Counted from the stretch's first letter, positions 1 through 14,021 are shown. The stretch is DNA of 64,000 bases from Amphiscolops sp. MND2022 (GCA_964187785.1 OZ076409.1:50656001-50720000); one strand, 5' to 3'. Program-made: numbers and translations. Notes: generated by a model not told the origin, from the sequence alone.

Positions 1-786
1 TAAATCAAAATCTACAGTTTCAAAATGAGAAAAATGAGAGTACACTTTAACTCATTCTTGACCAAAGAATCCAGTTCGCGGCAGACAGTTCGAAAGATTT
101 TAAGGAAATTTTAAGGAAACAGGGAATTAAAAGCCGGATTGCAGCTCAAAAGTTAAACCTAAAGCGCGAACACAAGATTAACCGTCAAAAAAGGTGTAAA
201 TTGATGAAAAATAAGACTTTCAGTTACTGGCAGAATGTGGTCTTTACCGCCGAAACTCGTGTTAAACTAACTAGTAATGGGATCAGGAGAGTTTTAAGAA
301 ACAATGGAATAAGGTACAATGTAGAAAACTTGGAAAAGGACAGCAGAGACAAACGATCGCTTACGTTTTGTGGAGAAATGCGATATTATGGCTGCAAATT
401 GCTAATTAAATGCTCGAACACCATGAACAGTGATGAATATCTGAAAATTTTGCAGAAATACCAAGCAAATCTCCATTTTGATGCCTTAGTTTATCAGAAA
501 GACAATGCCCCTATCCATAAAGCGAGGAAAATTATGGATTACGTTGCTGACAACATTTCGAAAACCTTGGATTGGCCCGCATATAGCCCTGAACCCTATT
601 GAGATCTTATGGGCCAATTTAAAAGAACGATTGCGCAAACAGATGTTTTCTTGGAAAAATTTAGAAGAAAAATTACTAGAAATTTGGAACAATATTGATG
701 AAGAAACTGTAGCAAATCTGTATGAATCTATGAAAAATAGAATCGGAAAGGTGTCCCAGGTGAGAGGCGCACCAATTGGATACTAA
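1..786 (+). pseudogene. Decayed Tc1/mariner (IS630-Tc1) transposase, cut by window start
   Basis: ORFs 201..602 and 505..786 carry WQNVVFTAETR (first catalytic D mutated), QKDNAPIH and WPAYSP / LNPIE split by a frameshift near 590. Ends in PIGY*, like the intact copy at 47907..48461. Confidence 0.85.
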
Positions 787-1049
787 ACTGCTAATATAAA
801 CGTATAAAATTAATGTTTTCTGTTGAAAATGTTTCTTTCTAAAAAATTCTCCATTGGAATCTAACTTTTCATAGCTTTGTGCAGGAAGTTTCATCTTGTG
901 CGAGAAACTGACATATAAAAAATTTGATTGTTTTCTTGGATATGATTACAAAGAAAAACCTCAACAACAAAAAATTAAGGTGCTCAGTTCAACTTCAGCC
1001 TTTTCGATTTGATTGATGAACCTTGGATCTTAGAATTTGCCTTGACCTA

Positions 1050-1605
1050 TTTCGGTCAAAATTACGTCTAAATTCTGCGCTTCATTTACGGTTCAGAAAG
1101 CGCAAAGTTTTGAAAATTGTAAAAAGGGGGACCCTTCGGTTTGTAGCAAAATATCCTCCTAAACTTTAGGGAGATATTTGGAGACATTTAAAAAAATCAA
1201 AAAACTTTTTGAAAAAAAGTTCGAGAAAAAACGCAAAATAAGAATTTGAAACTTATAGTGCTAAGAAAGTTGAAGGGGAGACCCTTTGGGCTGTTTGAAA
1301 TTTCAGTTGGCTGCAAAAAGTCAAAAAGTTGAAGGGGGACCCTTTGGCGACAAAAAATTTGGAAAAATAAAGTCGAATAGTGCCAAACAAAGGTCGAAGG
1401 GGGCCCTAGAGTCTTGCCCGAATTTGTATCTTACGTTAAAAAGGGAGTAAATGAAAAAGAGGACCCTTTGCACTAACTTAGATGCGTTTGCGTAGTTTAA
1501 TAGTTCTGTAAAAAAAGTCTACTACGCATACATTTTGTTATCTGACGAAAAAAAAACTTGCGACTGTAGTAGTAGGGGTCTTTTTGTTAATTGCGCTGCC
1601 TAGTA
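1050..1605 (-). repeat. Dispersed Helentron/DINE-1-like non-autonomous repeat, diverged copy
   Basis: Repeated AAGGGGGACCCTTT motifs and a terminal segment resembling those at 8500..8928 and 47660..47705. Boundaries are approximate. Confidence 0.45.
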
Positions 1606-3979
1606 AAGACGATTTTTAAATTATATGAACGAAGACAGTTAGAAATAGCGTTTCTAGTTGTTGTTGGTCCTTCAAAAACAGTGGTTAACACGTCTGATAA
1701 AACTCCGTTCGTTTCAATTCGTTTCAATCCTGGAGTTGAAGCATCCTCGTTTCTGACAAATTTTTGACATTTTACACATTTTATTGTCAATCAATTGTCG
1801 ATCTTCCTAGAGATGTCTTCAATGTCTTGTTCTGACAAAAAACGACATCTGCTACTGAACTGGTGGTCTCTGGTTCATGCTGATTATCTGGGGGTCTTTC
1901 CTCAACTTCTTTTGCTGGGTCTTTTCAGGCATGACCTTAGGCGAAAAGTAGTGTTGCACCGAAATGATTCAATTAGTCCGCTGATATTACTCACCTCCAG
2001 ATGCGGCTCCTGCTAATCTGCCAATTCTTGTTTTCAATAGTAATAAACAAATGGCGAAACGCTACTAAGGCAACCAATGAAATGAGATGAAACTTCAAAT
2101 GAACAAATTAAATGAAGTTTGCAAATCAGGTTTGTGCAAAAAAGTCAAAATTTTGAGAATTCGGTTTATTACTTACTACTATAACGTAAACAAAATTTGA
2201 TGGCCTTTCCTAATCCCGCATCAAGTATGTGTATTTTGCGGTAGACACGCGACATAAATCTCGGGCAGGAACTTAAACACCTTGTTTAGCGCGGCGTCCT
2301 TCCAAAGCAAAGAAATTCAGAATAAAGTAGGCTTCTTTGGGACTCGGCTCTCAGTATCATCCACTTCCAGAAATTTGAGATTAAACTTCCTGCTGGAATC
2401 CAAGTCCGCGAACATTTCTTCTTCATTCCCGGCAAATTCAGGACGCCGAACCAAAGTTAGGACAGGAATCCATCCTAGCTACTGATGTGGAAAAGGAATG
2501 AATTTTCCATCGAAACTGTAAACAAATCGATACAAATCTAACTGAGGGAAAAAATGAGATATCAACTCAACCAGACGATATAAATAACACAAGAGATTAA
2601 TTCTTTCTTTTATAGGGCTTTTAGAAATAAATTCGGGATTGGCAACAAGTTATTTACGCCCAAACTGGCTCCCCGGGCTGAATTAAATCAACCACATTAA
2701 TCAGTTCAAGCACTTTAATCACGTGGTATCTAAGAATTAGTACTTAGGGCATATGTCGTTGCTTGAATTATTAGTAAATATGTTGCTAAAATACTGCATT
2801 TCATTATCGGAATGCTTAAAGAAAACAACAGTTCTAGTATTGCGTCCTGGGGACAACGTACTCAGTTACTTGAGGCGAGTACGCCGCTTGAAGAGCTGCC
2901 TCCGAAGTTTTTTTGACTGCACCAGTGACTATGTTCGGTTGGTTGGCAACATGGTAATTTAAACTTTTAAAATTTACATCAATATTACGAAATTGCACTC
3001 ACACAAAATATGGCTTTGGACGGTTTCTTGTGGACGTCTATTTGGGAGTATACTGCCTGGGCAGTTGGCTCGATAAATAAATCATAACATAATCTTTGGA
3101 AGCACTAATTTAACACCGGTTCGAATGACTCTTTTGTAGTGTTTACCATTATTTCTCGATTGTTTCATTTGCTAGGACATTCTATCGTTTATTGGCCGGT
3201 TCATCAATTATTTTGAATTGGTAGGACAGTCGACTGAGCTGCTGCCTCAGCTTCCGTCGACTAGCGTGCAGCCTGGTCGTGTTGCTGGTGTTTATTCACT
3301 GCTCCTCCTTTGCTCAATTTTGATTAGTTGATAGCACAGCTGAATTGGTAAATTCTGAAGCAGCGTCCCAGGCAGCTTACTGGTCACAGATAAATCATAT
3401 CCTGGTCAGCGTACCAGGCGTGCTGTTCGCTTCTCAAGTGGGTGTGCTGTCCATTCTATTGTTTGTTTTCATTTCAGGTGCGTTGATGTTTAGATTCATA
3501 ATATATAAATTATTTCCATGGATACTTATAAATAGTTTCAGTTTGAGCTTGAATGGATGTAGTTTGATTTTTTGGCTTCTGCCATTCGTCCTTTCCGGCG
3601 CTTCCACTAAGTTTCGTTCGTCACAACGCTGAGGGTTGGTTTCACACCAAGCCATTCTAACATAAAGTTGTTAGTAAACAATAATAGACCTTTAGCAACA
3701 GGATCAGTTTCGTCGATCAAAGCTTCGTGGCAGTTTCCACGTTAAGTTTGTTCCAGTTGACACCGTATAAAAGGCCAGATGCTTCATAGCTCCTCGAAAC
3801 AATGGCTGACTTTTTTGAATGTATGGTCTTTTCAAGTTGAACGGATTTAAATGTTCATATTTTGGCCCCATGCTTTCGCTCGGTTTTCAGAGACGAATAA
3901 AACATAATTTCCAGCACCGAAGGTACCAATAGAAAATAATTGCCTTTCCCTCTTACATTTCAAAGCCGCATCCCCCATC

Positions 3980-4441
3980 CAGGGGTGTTCAATGAATAAT
4001 TATGGGTAAGAACAATTATAATAAAAACAATAAAATAATTTATTTTTACACTCAAATCATTAAAAATAAATATTTTTGGACCTGTTGAAATAAAAATAAT
4101 TAATCTTGAGATAACTAAAACTGAGAGCGTTTAATTCAACATATCGTCAGCCAATTAAATTCGAAAATACAGAAATCTTGAGCAAATTTTTAGAAATACC
4201 TTTGTCAAGTACCCTGGGCTACTGACTCAAAAGGTCGAAGAGTCCTTTAAAAACGTCCTGTACCCGCGTTTTGACCTGATTATGGATGGCTAATTCAAGT
4301 TTTTGTTCATATCCGTTTTCCTCTGAGAAAATAATTACTTTTGCAAAAAAAATAAAAATATTTATTTTCTTTACCCTGAAAATAAAATAAAATTAATTTT
4401 TAGGCAATAATATTATTCGAATAAAATATTGAACACCCCTG
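3980..4441. mobile_element. hAT-type MITE
   Basis: TIRs CAGGGGTGTTCAAT / ATTGAACACCCCTG. 8-bp flanks CCCCCATC and CCCCCACC form a TSD with one mismatch. No ORF. Confidence 0.75.
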
Positions 4442-7400
4442 CCCCCACCTAACTTTAGCCTTGCTGAAACTTTATTTTCAAACTACTTTGAAGTTTTGCA
4501 GAGTTTTTTGGAGATTTCAACGACGTTCGTAGCATATATTTTTGTTGGAAAAAAAGTTGAAACTTTTGAAAAAACCCTATAAATGACCAAGTTTCTGTTT
4601 TAAGGTGATGTTTCCAGATGGTTGTAGTTCCAGTTAGCAATTCGATCAAATTAGTTAACATGTAATCCTTGAATGACTACGGAGTTTTAGCCTCATTTAT
4701 AAGCCTAGAGAACAGAATTTTCATTGGCACATGAAAACTCTCGATTAAACAACATAATTCAAACGTTTCATGCTCATTTTTTTGTTTTTCAGTCAATTCG
4801 AACCGTGAATTGCATGTACAAAAACTTTTTGCGACGGAAACTAAATAGGATATAGTACATTTACGGAACCTACTATAAACCTCTTTTTCGACTCATGCAA
4901 CCAGCAAAAAGTGAATCATGAATCGCCTAAAGCAGTGTCAATCATGACTTTGTCACTAGGTTGTTTAATGACATCCTAGAGATTAATTGTGTTTGAAAAC
5001 ATTTCCGTGGGCGAAAAAAGAGCGCTAATTAGACTTGGCCAGACAAACGTCTGCCTAAATTCTATTAAAATTGATTCGAGAGAATACAGAAAAACGTCTT
5101 TCCGCGTTCCGTCATGTTTAACGTCATGGTGATTGCTGCCAATAAGATATACAGAAATTGAATATTTTTGCTCATCATAGTCTTACTTTGTGTCATGTCT
5201 CATTTGCTTGAGAGAGTAATTTTCCCCGGAACAAATCGGAAAAAAAATATAACGGATGACAGAAAAATGAAAGTTTGTGTCGCAAAGCGGTTTGTGTAAA
5301 AATTTGCTTCAAACACTTGTTCAATTCAGGTCATCTTTTTCTTGAAATGGTTATATCCAACTATATTTTAGAAACAGCTGATAGACTTCCAACTGATCAA
5401 TCGGTTAGTTGAGCGGTCGTCTAATTGAGCTAGACCCACACTCCCTATCACCAAAATACCAGTAGATTACATAAGAGTATATTTGAATTCTCTCTCCACC
5501 AACTTCAATTTGCGCATACAAAAATTAAGGGCCCTGTATTAAGAAACATATACAACTAATTACAACTCGATCAGTAAACAACAAGGAAGTTAGACAATCC
5601 GCAAAGTCCATATCAGCCTGCAATGAGTTAATAAACTCGCCAGTAACAGAATAGTCTGAGACTTTCGTGATACTAACTAGCAGATGAGAAAATATTTAGA
5701 ATCTTTTGAAAATCTGCCAAGGTCAAATCAACTTTGTCAGATAATTGTTTTGAAACGCCTGTGAAATAGAATGCAAATCACCACTTTTGTTACAAAATGA
5801 TAGCAAGGGAAAAAAGACAACCCGCTTGGAGTGGCTATGGGCAGAGCTAATAAGAAAACGGCCGCTGCACACTTCGAAGAATTACCCTTCATCTTATTCA
5901 AAAATAAAAGTCAAAACCAGTTTCGTGAAAGACGGAAAGAAAAAGCAACAAACAGTTTTCAGCATTCGACAGCTCATCCAAAGGAACACCTAAGTTGAAA
6001 TATTGAGTTTTTCAAACTAAGCTTTCAAAGTAAGTTCTTTTGAAATTTTGACGATTCTCCAGAAAGGAGTTTCCTTTCAGAATTTTGTGTGATCGCTACG
6101 GTTGTCAGAATTTATTCGGATAATGCCCGAAGTAAGATAAAAGCATTTGGTAGCTTGAGTTAATCAGGAATTTATTAATATTCAATATTTCCTGAGAATT
6201 GAACCAGCAGCTTAAAATGTCATCAAACTGCCCAAAGTTCTGTTTTTACCGTGTCATCGCTTAGTACTAACAGTATAAGCGCACAATACCCGCCTCCTTT
6301 GCAGCGTATTTGAAACAAGAAGTGGATAAAGGAGCGAGTTAGAAAATATAGTGCTGCGGCGCACTAGCCAAGAACCCGCAGGGATTGAAAGTTGTGATTT
6401 CTTTTTGACATTAGCAAAGTTGACCTACCAAAATGCTAACCACCCGCACATTTTGGGCGATATCATACAAAAATGTTTAGATAAACGCACAAGAGTATGG
6501 CGCACATCGCTCAAGGGGAGCGGTTTTGGGACAAACAACCTGGAAATGAGATTTTGACTTCTGAAGTTGGAGGTCAGGTCACCAAAATTGTGGAAAATGA
6601 CCGTTTTCAAAAAAAGCGCCACCAAACTTTGTTGAGACAACATATGGACCTCATCTAGAGTGCAAAAAATTTCCTATGATTTTGTCTATAATGTATATAA
6701 GCTACACGGTATACCTTTCAAATTGAATGAGTACAAGCTCTCCAAAATTAAGATTTTTGCTGAAATGGAAAACTGATTTATGATGATAAGCTTTAGGGGC
6801 GTTTTCCACCGTTAAGAATTGGAAATAGAAAGTTGATAGTAATGTAATTTCTTGTAGCCCTTTGATTGTCCGTGTAGATACTATACTTCGTTTTTGCCCA
6901 GTATTTTGAACACCGAGGTACTGCCCCTAAAATGTTAAACCAAAAATTGAACTTTTGTGAAGTAAACTTGTTTTTTAGGTGCTTGTAAATTGCTGAGATT
7001 TGTTTTCTTCAGTCAGTTTTTGCTGACGAGAACTGTCATGAGTCGTGTAAAAAAAGGACCTGACAAAAAAGTGCAAATGTTAGTCGCTAAGCCGAATTAG
7101 AAGTTGTGTTTGCAAAGGTGGGACTCAGTAGGACCTTCCTCCAATCCTTTTGGAAAAGAAGTGAAACTACTAGTCATGATTGAGAAGGATGACAAGTGAT
7201 GACCGACAAGTGATGACAAAATGTACATTTCATCAACCTTTTGTACCGAAGAAGAAAACTCACCTCACTCAACACTTAGCCATGCCCCAAAAAAGGAAAT
7301 CATCGATGATGACACGTTACGGATACCTAACTGACTAAACTGCCGAATAGAAAATTTTGGCCGAGAAGTGTGCCACTTCGAAGACACAAAAAGTGATTCC

Positions 7401-8499
7401 AACTGTAGACGACGGTTTGCAGTTTTTCGTAGTCTTTACGTTCTCAATTAGGCACCGGATTATCAAAATGGCAGATTTATTTCGATTGGCCGTGACGCTC
7501 GTGCTTCAACTCTAAAACAATGGTGGACTGTTGGTCTACTGACTAGTAAAAACGCGAGTTTGAATCTAGAGACCGGGTTGCCGCTTTGCGTCGTCGATAC
7601 GTTTCGGAACAGGCACCGGTATATCAGAACTGCATACTTACTTTGATTGGCTCTGACAACTGTGCTTTCAGTATGAAACTAGAAGTGCCAGAACGATAGC
7701 TGATTCGCCATCCCTTAGTGAGCATTTGGACCCAGCAGCAGGATTGACAGTTGACCTATCATCTCTCACATGTAATACGGGTTACATGGCCCTAGTATAC
7801 ACGATTTTTTTTCACTCCAAGACCGATAGGGGAGATTTGCGGAGAGTTGTTCCATTCGATATCTCAATGATATCACATCCCATCCTCACGAATAAGTAAG
7901 TCGATCTTGCTGAAACCCATGTTCGTTGATTTTTTATGTTATTTGCCACTTAAAATATTCCGTATTGTCCCCATATATTATCACTGTATACATTCCTTTA
8001 TTCGTGGTTGTGAAAAAGTGTTTGTGTCTAATAATCGCCTTTTATTTTTGATGTGTAAAGTTCAATTTTCAAACTGCTCTTTTCATCCTTGGAAAGAACC
8101 TTCGAATAGCCTAAGAGTAGCGAGACAAACCCCTGATGAAGGCTAATGTTCAAAGTGAAAAATTCATGATTTCTTTGTCACACTTACCCAACCATCGCTT
8201 TCGATTGTGTTGAATAGTTTTTCTCTCAGAGTTAATAAAATTTTATGTATATACTCAGTCAGTCTTTGTCTCGCGCATGGTACCCAAGGGTTTAATTGAG
8301 TTGTATTGGAGCAATTCTCAAAAAAATTTAAAATTTGTGAAAACCAATAATCTCACAGAAATGATTATTACTTTTTTCACACACTTTGTTTTCAAAGTGT
8401 TTCTGTTAAAAAAACGTTTTCCGAGTCCTAATAGTGACCCTTTTGGTTGTTTTCTAATCATGTGGGTGGGATTCACGAGAGTAATCTCAATCTTTGAGG

Positions 8500-8928
8500 C
8501 AAAAAGCACGGTTTTCTTTTTAAGGAAAAATGCCCGACTATTACAGTGACCTTTCGTTTTCCAGATGACAGACCTCACACTGATCGGTCCACTTTTTATG
8601 CAGAAACTACTAAAACTACGCAGACTGAGGCCATATCCGGCCAAAGCAAACTTAGTGCAAAGGGCCCACTTTCATTTTTTAAAACTTTTTTAACGTAACC
8701 TACAAAACCGGACAAGACTAAAGGGTCCCCCTTTCGAGGTTTTTGATATTTTGCAACTGAAAGTATGTTGAAAAATCCCAAAGGGTCCACTCTTCTACAT
8801 TTTTTGGCACTATGTGACATTTTCCGAAAGAAAAAAAATTTCGAAAATTTCAAGTTTTTTTCAAAAAAAATGTTCTGCACCTTTTGAGCCTCAGATATAG
8901 CGCCGACTTTAGACGTTCTCGTCTTGTT
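8500..8928 (+). mobile_element. Helentron-associated (HINE/DINE-1-like) non-autonomous element
   Basis: Ends GCGCCGACT - hairpin AGACG-TTCT-CGTCT - TGTT. The same end structure recurs at 44990..45017 and, inverted, at 51659..51700. Confidence 0.55.
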
Positions 8929-9422
8929 GTAGCCTAAAGTGTCACACAAGGGTAATTTCTACTTTTTGCAACATCTTTCGAACAAAAATGTACTATTTCG
9001 GGTTATTGTGGTATTTTCAGTCATTAAAAACACTCAAAAAGGCACTGACATTACCATAATTCATGAAATTTCGTTTTGTGGGACATCAATTGAATAAATC
9101 AGGTCATATTTGTAAAAATACCGGATAGCGCTTCCCTTCTCCTCTCAGGATTCAATTGTTTTGCGAAATAGTTCTTTGAGAGTAGTTTTGTCCCAATTTG
9201 GATATAACCATTCTGTTGTTCATTCAAGGAACCCAATATTTTGATTCCAAATCTGTTCGAGAACTCTCAGTTGTTAGCATTTAAATTCTTATTTAAAATT
9301 AGTCTCCATCGTAAGCTGGGAAGCTGGCAAACTGAGAGACTCTTACCATGATATTCTGGCAAACTGCCTGTTTTAGTCTCTACTCATGCTTCTCTTGTTT
9401 TACTACTTTTCGGAACACAGCC

Positions 9423-9504
9423 AGCTGATTTTAGATCCCGAAAACGTCAGTTAGCATGCTACTGGTAGCATGCTCAATGAAGTTTTCTGGATCTAAAATC
9501 AGCT
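9423..9504. repeat. Imperfect palindrome / hairpin
   Basis: AGCTGATTTTAGATCC...AGCATGCTAC-TG-GTAGCATGCT...GGATCTAAAATCAGCT. Confidence 0.8.
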
Positions 9505-11764
9505 TGTTGACTTCCGACGTCACCATCAGACATCAGGTTTCAAAATCTTGCAAAATTTTTAGGATACTGCGAGAACTTAATTCACAATGAAAGATCCACG
9601 TACTTCAAGGTTCTTCCTAGAGTGTCAGCAAGTATATGAGAAAATAGAAATTGGGAAGCACCTAAACCAATTGGGGCCCATGGAAAAATTGTAGCACTCA
9701 TTTTACTTGTTCGCGATAATTTTTTTTGTCTCCCGAATTGATGAAATTCGCTACCTCTAAAAGGAATTGTTTGCAGGTACTCAAAAAAATTTGGTTAAGC
9801 TTTCCAATAAATTTTTCATTATCGCAATCTGCAAAATTGCAATTGCACAAATAGGAGAAACTGGCGAAAAATTTCGCAATTGTTTCTCCATCAACATACC
9901 TAACCGAAAAGGAGTGCTATAAATTTTTAACAGAAATTACATATTCAATTGGGATTACTTTATGATTTCACATGAAAATCTCCCGATTATAGGAAGCGAA
10001 TTTATGCTAGTTTGAATTCCATTCACGGAAAACTTTTCCTTTTGATGAAAATGTGGGAAAATACGTTCTTCTCAGTCTCATGGGAGAAGGTGGGATCCCC
10101 TGTTTGAATTGCTAGAACTTTTCGTACGTTCCTTAAAGGTTCCACCAGCTTTTAGTATCATTTTCTAAATTTCTTACGGAAACTTTCATGCAAACAGTTT
10201 TCTGTTCTGTTCGACTTTAAAGAAGCTGCTTGAAAGAAGCATCCTAAATTTGGCGGCACATTTAAGCCTTGAAGTTTTGCAAAATCCAATAAAAAGCGGT
10301 TCCATTTTTGAATGCATCTAAGATTCCATCATTTTCACCACTATTTTAATGCGAAATGACTTCATTCATAAAGTAAACAGCAAACAGCGTCATCTTGAGC
10401 AAGCTAATTGAGAAGCGGTAATCGCATCAGATGAAGTAGTTAAGAAATCAAAGCGGGAATACAACATGATTGTGGCCGTAACGAAGAGGGAAATATTTTC
10501 ATTTCACTTTGAATACTGGAAATTGCCGTGTAATTCTGTTCAAGATTTAACCTAAAGATTTAACACCAGAAGCTAACTGATTGTTTTAGATTCTATAGAA
10601 AATTACCCTGCATGCAGTCAGCAGCAAGTACAAAGCAAAGTTCTAAAGTTCTAGCAGTCTCGACTAGGGAAGATAATTACTATAAAAACAACTTTTTCAG
10701 ATACCAATAGTTTGTTCCAGTCGGAAAATTTTAGAGTAATCAATCATTTCTCACTACATTATTAGAAAAACACAATTCTATGTTGTTCGCAAAGGCAAAG
10801 GCTTGCGGTTTTTGGGGTGATGGAATGACAGTGAAAGTAATCAATTCTCCATTTGACTTTTCAATAATTAGCCCTTATTTTACTTTGATATCAAATTTTT
10901 TATTCCGAGAAAGTAACTAACTCTCACCAATAATATGTTAGGAGCAAGCTGCAAACAAATCTGATTTCAAACGTTAGATAGTTCACAAACACTGGATGCT
11001 GAATCTATAATGTGTCAATTCTTGTTCATTCTCACACGTTTTTCCTGACTTTAGACTTTAGTTGAAATTGCTCCAATACTTTGCATGAACTTTATTGTTG
11101 CCTACTACTTTTAGTAGGGTTTTCTTAAACTGTTTCGGAAAATTTTGGGTGAAAAAATGTCCCTGTTGTATTCAACTTTTACCAAGCTGTTTGAAAGAGT
11201 CATCTCTTTATCGCGCCAATTTTAAGCATTTGCAGTTTTGCAGGCTTCACTAAGAAACAGTTCTAATTTTAAATGCAACTGTTGTTACCCATTTTATCGC
11301 CATTTTAATTATTATCAGGCGCGTATCCCAAAAATATGCATGCAATGTTTTCGTGCCAATCCACAACTAGTCAGCTTTTTAAAATGCTTAGTCCACTTAG
11401 TTACCAGAAAGACAAAATTGAGACCAGATGCGATTGAAAAATTGAGTAAATCATCGTTATTGCAACCCAAATTGACAGAAGAGATGTCATAAATATAAAT
11501 TTCTATCTCGAGGTAAATTGATTTGAAGCAGAATTGAGCTTAGATAAAAGTTATGACAACCTTATTTTTTAGGCTGGGTAGGTATAAATAAACTGGGAAC
11601 GACATGAATTGGCCGTGCCCAAGGCTCAAAATTATCTAACAGGGATATGGTTTGAAGGGGGATGAACATATTATGGGGGGATGAAAATCATAACTTGTGG
11701 TTCGTTTTTTTCCAAATTCAGCCAAATCTCCACTTTATTACACCATTTAATAAGTAAATTCTAG

Positions 11765-11835
11765 TCACCATGGCGCCGTTGGTAGTGCGTCTGCCTGGCA
11801 GACACTAGATCGTGGGTTCGAACCCGTGCTGATGC
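11765..11835 (+). repeat. tRNA-derived (SINE-like) segment with Pol III A/B boxes
   Basis: A box TGGCGCCGTTGG (11771) and B box GGTTCGAACCC (11815). No convincing acceptor stem. Followed by a ...CTTGTT repeat-type end at ~11883. Confidence 0.55.
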
Positions 11836-13421
11836 GTTACATGTTTAGCGGAAAATATCCCGGTGCTTAGCGAGCGACTTGTTCATAATGTAACGTTAAA
11901 GAAGAGGCGTACAAACTAGAGCTGGGGCAATGTCTAGGTTGATTTGACAAGAGCCTATAGTGATCAAGGACTAAAAACGATTCCTAGGGTTCCTGCGAGT
12001 TCCTACATACTCCCGAGGTCCAAAAAAGCCATAATCTGAAATACATTATTTTGGGTATAACCGATAACACATTGAAATCTAGCAGATCACACATTATACA
12101 ATTACCTGAAAACTCGTCAAAAATACTACAAAAGGTTGAGGAGACATCAAGATACCGTCTCAGCGAATCTTAGACTTGCGAGATGGCTCATGTAACTTTT
12201 GTAGATTTCTTCTGTCGAGTTTTCTCATCTCCGGGGCAGTTCTTCGGGTTATACTCTTAACTGGGACGTTTTTGGTGTAGGAAGGAACAACACGGTGATT
12301 CCGGAGATGCATCCGTGTCTTTTTCAATTTTCGGGGTGTCCTCTCTCTGTGTTTCTCGTGAACCGTCTTCTTGATTGATGTTGGGACCAGCCAGGTTGGC
12401 CATGCCACAATTAGAATTTTTCAAAAATTTCTTACAGGTGTCCTGTCGCAAGGCTAGTGAGGCTAGTGAACGTTACATAAAATTGTAACTTTTTCGTTTG
12501 AGACACTATGGGAGATTTTTCAGAACAAATATATATTCCAAAACAATTTTACCCGCTCCGTTTAATTACTTCATTATCTCTACATATTAAACCCTTAGCG
12601 AGTGGGTCAAAATAAAATTTATGAACGTTATCGTTTCATTTCAAAAACATCGATGACAAAGCTTGGAGAACAGTGTTTCTGCCTGCCCAGTTTTTCACAC
12701 AACAAATAAGTAAAAACTAGGGGATTATTGATAGTATCTTGAAATCGAAATATTTTCAGTCCACAATGTGAACACTTGCTATTTCGGTGAAAAAGTCCTC
12801 TAAGCAATTCAGCAGCTGTACAATTGGGGTCACGTAACGACAAACGAAGTCAATTAAGCTATAAGCCGATAATCCCGTCAATACAGTCTCTTGATCACCG
12901 AAAAACGAAAGCGAATGATATAGATTTGCATAATTTATTCCTTATCCTATACACCCGTAGTACTTATTCCATTAGCTCTCTCCAATCAACATGAACTTTA
13001 ATTTGAGCGTAATTTATTATCGGAGAGTGATTTTTAAAGTGAAAAGTTGCTAAATATATTTGGCGCATCTCATTAAAACACTTGAAATGCAAATTTCAGA
13101 CCTTTGTGAAAAAACCTTTTCGAACCCACAAAATTTGCGCAATTTGATGGCAGGGCTGAACGGAAAACTATCGGTTGAAATTAAAATCAACGACATAATG
13201 ACTTTGAAGTTGATTATATTGCCCAAGTTTGTAGTTTCACAAATTACAATGATTAGGGTTCACATTGAAGACTAATTGCATAAAAGATATAAGTTGAGTT
13301 TAATTTAGAGGTTTGAGGAGCCAACTTGGAACAAATCACTTGCATTTTTAGGATCTTCTATTCCAACTAGGGTGGCCGAGGTTCGAATCTTATCTGTATT
13401 TGTGTTTCATTTCCTTCCAAG

Positions 13422-14021
13422 TCAACAAAAGCACGTGTCATGAACGTTATGATTAGATATTCCACCCCTTTGGCGTACATCATGTCGTTCATTCCTGCAG
13501 TTAGTCCTAGCGTTCGAGTTGCGCTGTTCTTCGGCATCCGTTTCCGGTCTCTCAGCCGGGACTTCCCATCCTCTTCTAGTCTCATGGACCGATCCGGCCA
13601 TCATGGCGTTTTGAATTTGAGGCAACACTTGACTATTTATAGCCTCATTGATGGCCCTTTGGATCTGTGAACTAACATTATTAAGCATATCGTCCATCTC
13701 TCTCGAGATCCTAGAATTTAATTCGCTTGACAACCTGTTTATCTCTGCAAGTGAGTTTGCTTCAGCTGAGTTTTGGCCCAAGTCGGCGCTTGTCCTGGGT
13801 TCATTGTTCCTACAATTAGAATATAGGCTTTCGTCCTCATTCTCTTGGTTGTCGCTTACAACACTATTCCTCCTCCTAGCTGAATTACTATCTAAACTCC
13901 TTTCTCTTTCAATCCCGTTAAAGTGATTGTTTCCTAGCATTATATCTAGGTTTTCAATATCCGAAAGGATCTCTAATCCTCTAGACTTTCTAGTCTTCTT
14001 CTGCTTTCTCGTTGTAGGCAT
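13422..14021 (-). CDS. Copy of Gag N-terminal 195 aa carried in the 3' LTR, ending in flanking DNA
   Basis: Identical to residues 1-195 of ORF 26806..28515, followed by TCFC* from host flank. Expression unknown. Confidence 0.5.
   Translation of the reverse strand: MPTTRKQKKTRKSRGLEILSDIENLDIMLGNNHFNGIERERSLDSNSARRRNSVVSDNQENEDESLYSNCRNNEPRTSADLGQNSAEANSLAEINRLSSELNSRISREMDDMLNNVSSQIQRAINEAINSQVLPQIQNAMMAGSVHETRRGWEVPAERPETDAEEQRNSNARTNCRNERHDVRQRGGISNHNVHDTCFC

Noticed and set aside
1790..3900. Possible decayed transposon coding region
   Set aside because: Coding-like composition but no motif I can recognise.
11765..11835. Functional tRNA gene
   Set aside because: A/B boxes are present but there is no proper acceptor stem or cloverleaf, and it sits in repeat context.
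12160..12451. Short basic ORFs as a host exon
   Set aside because: No recognisable domain or secure splice sites.
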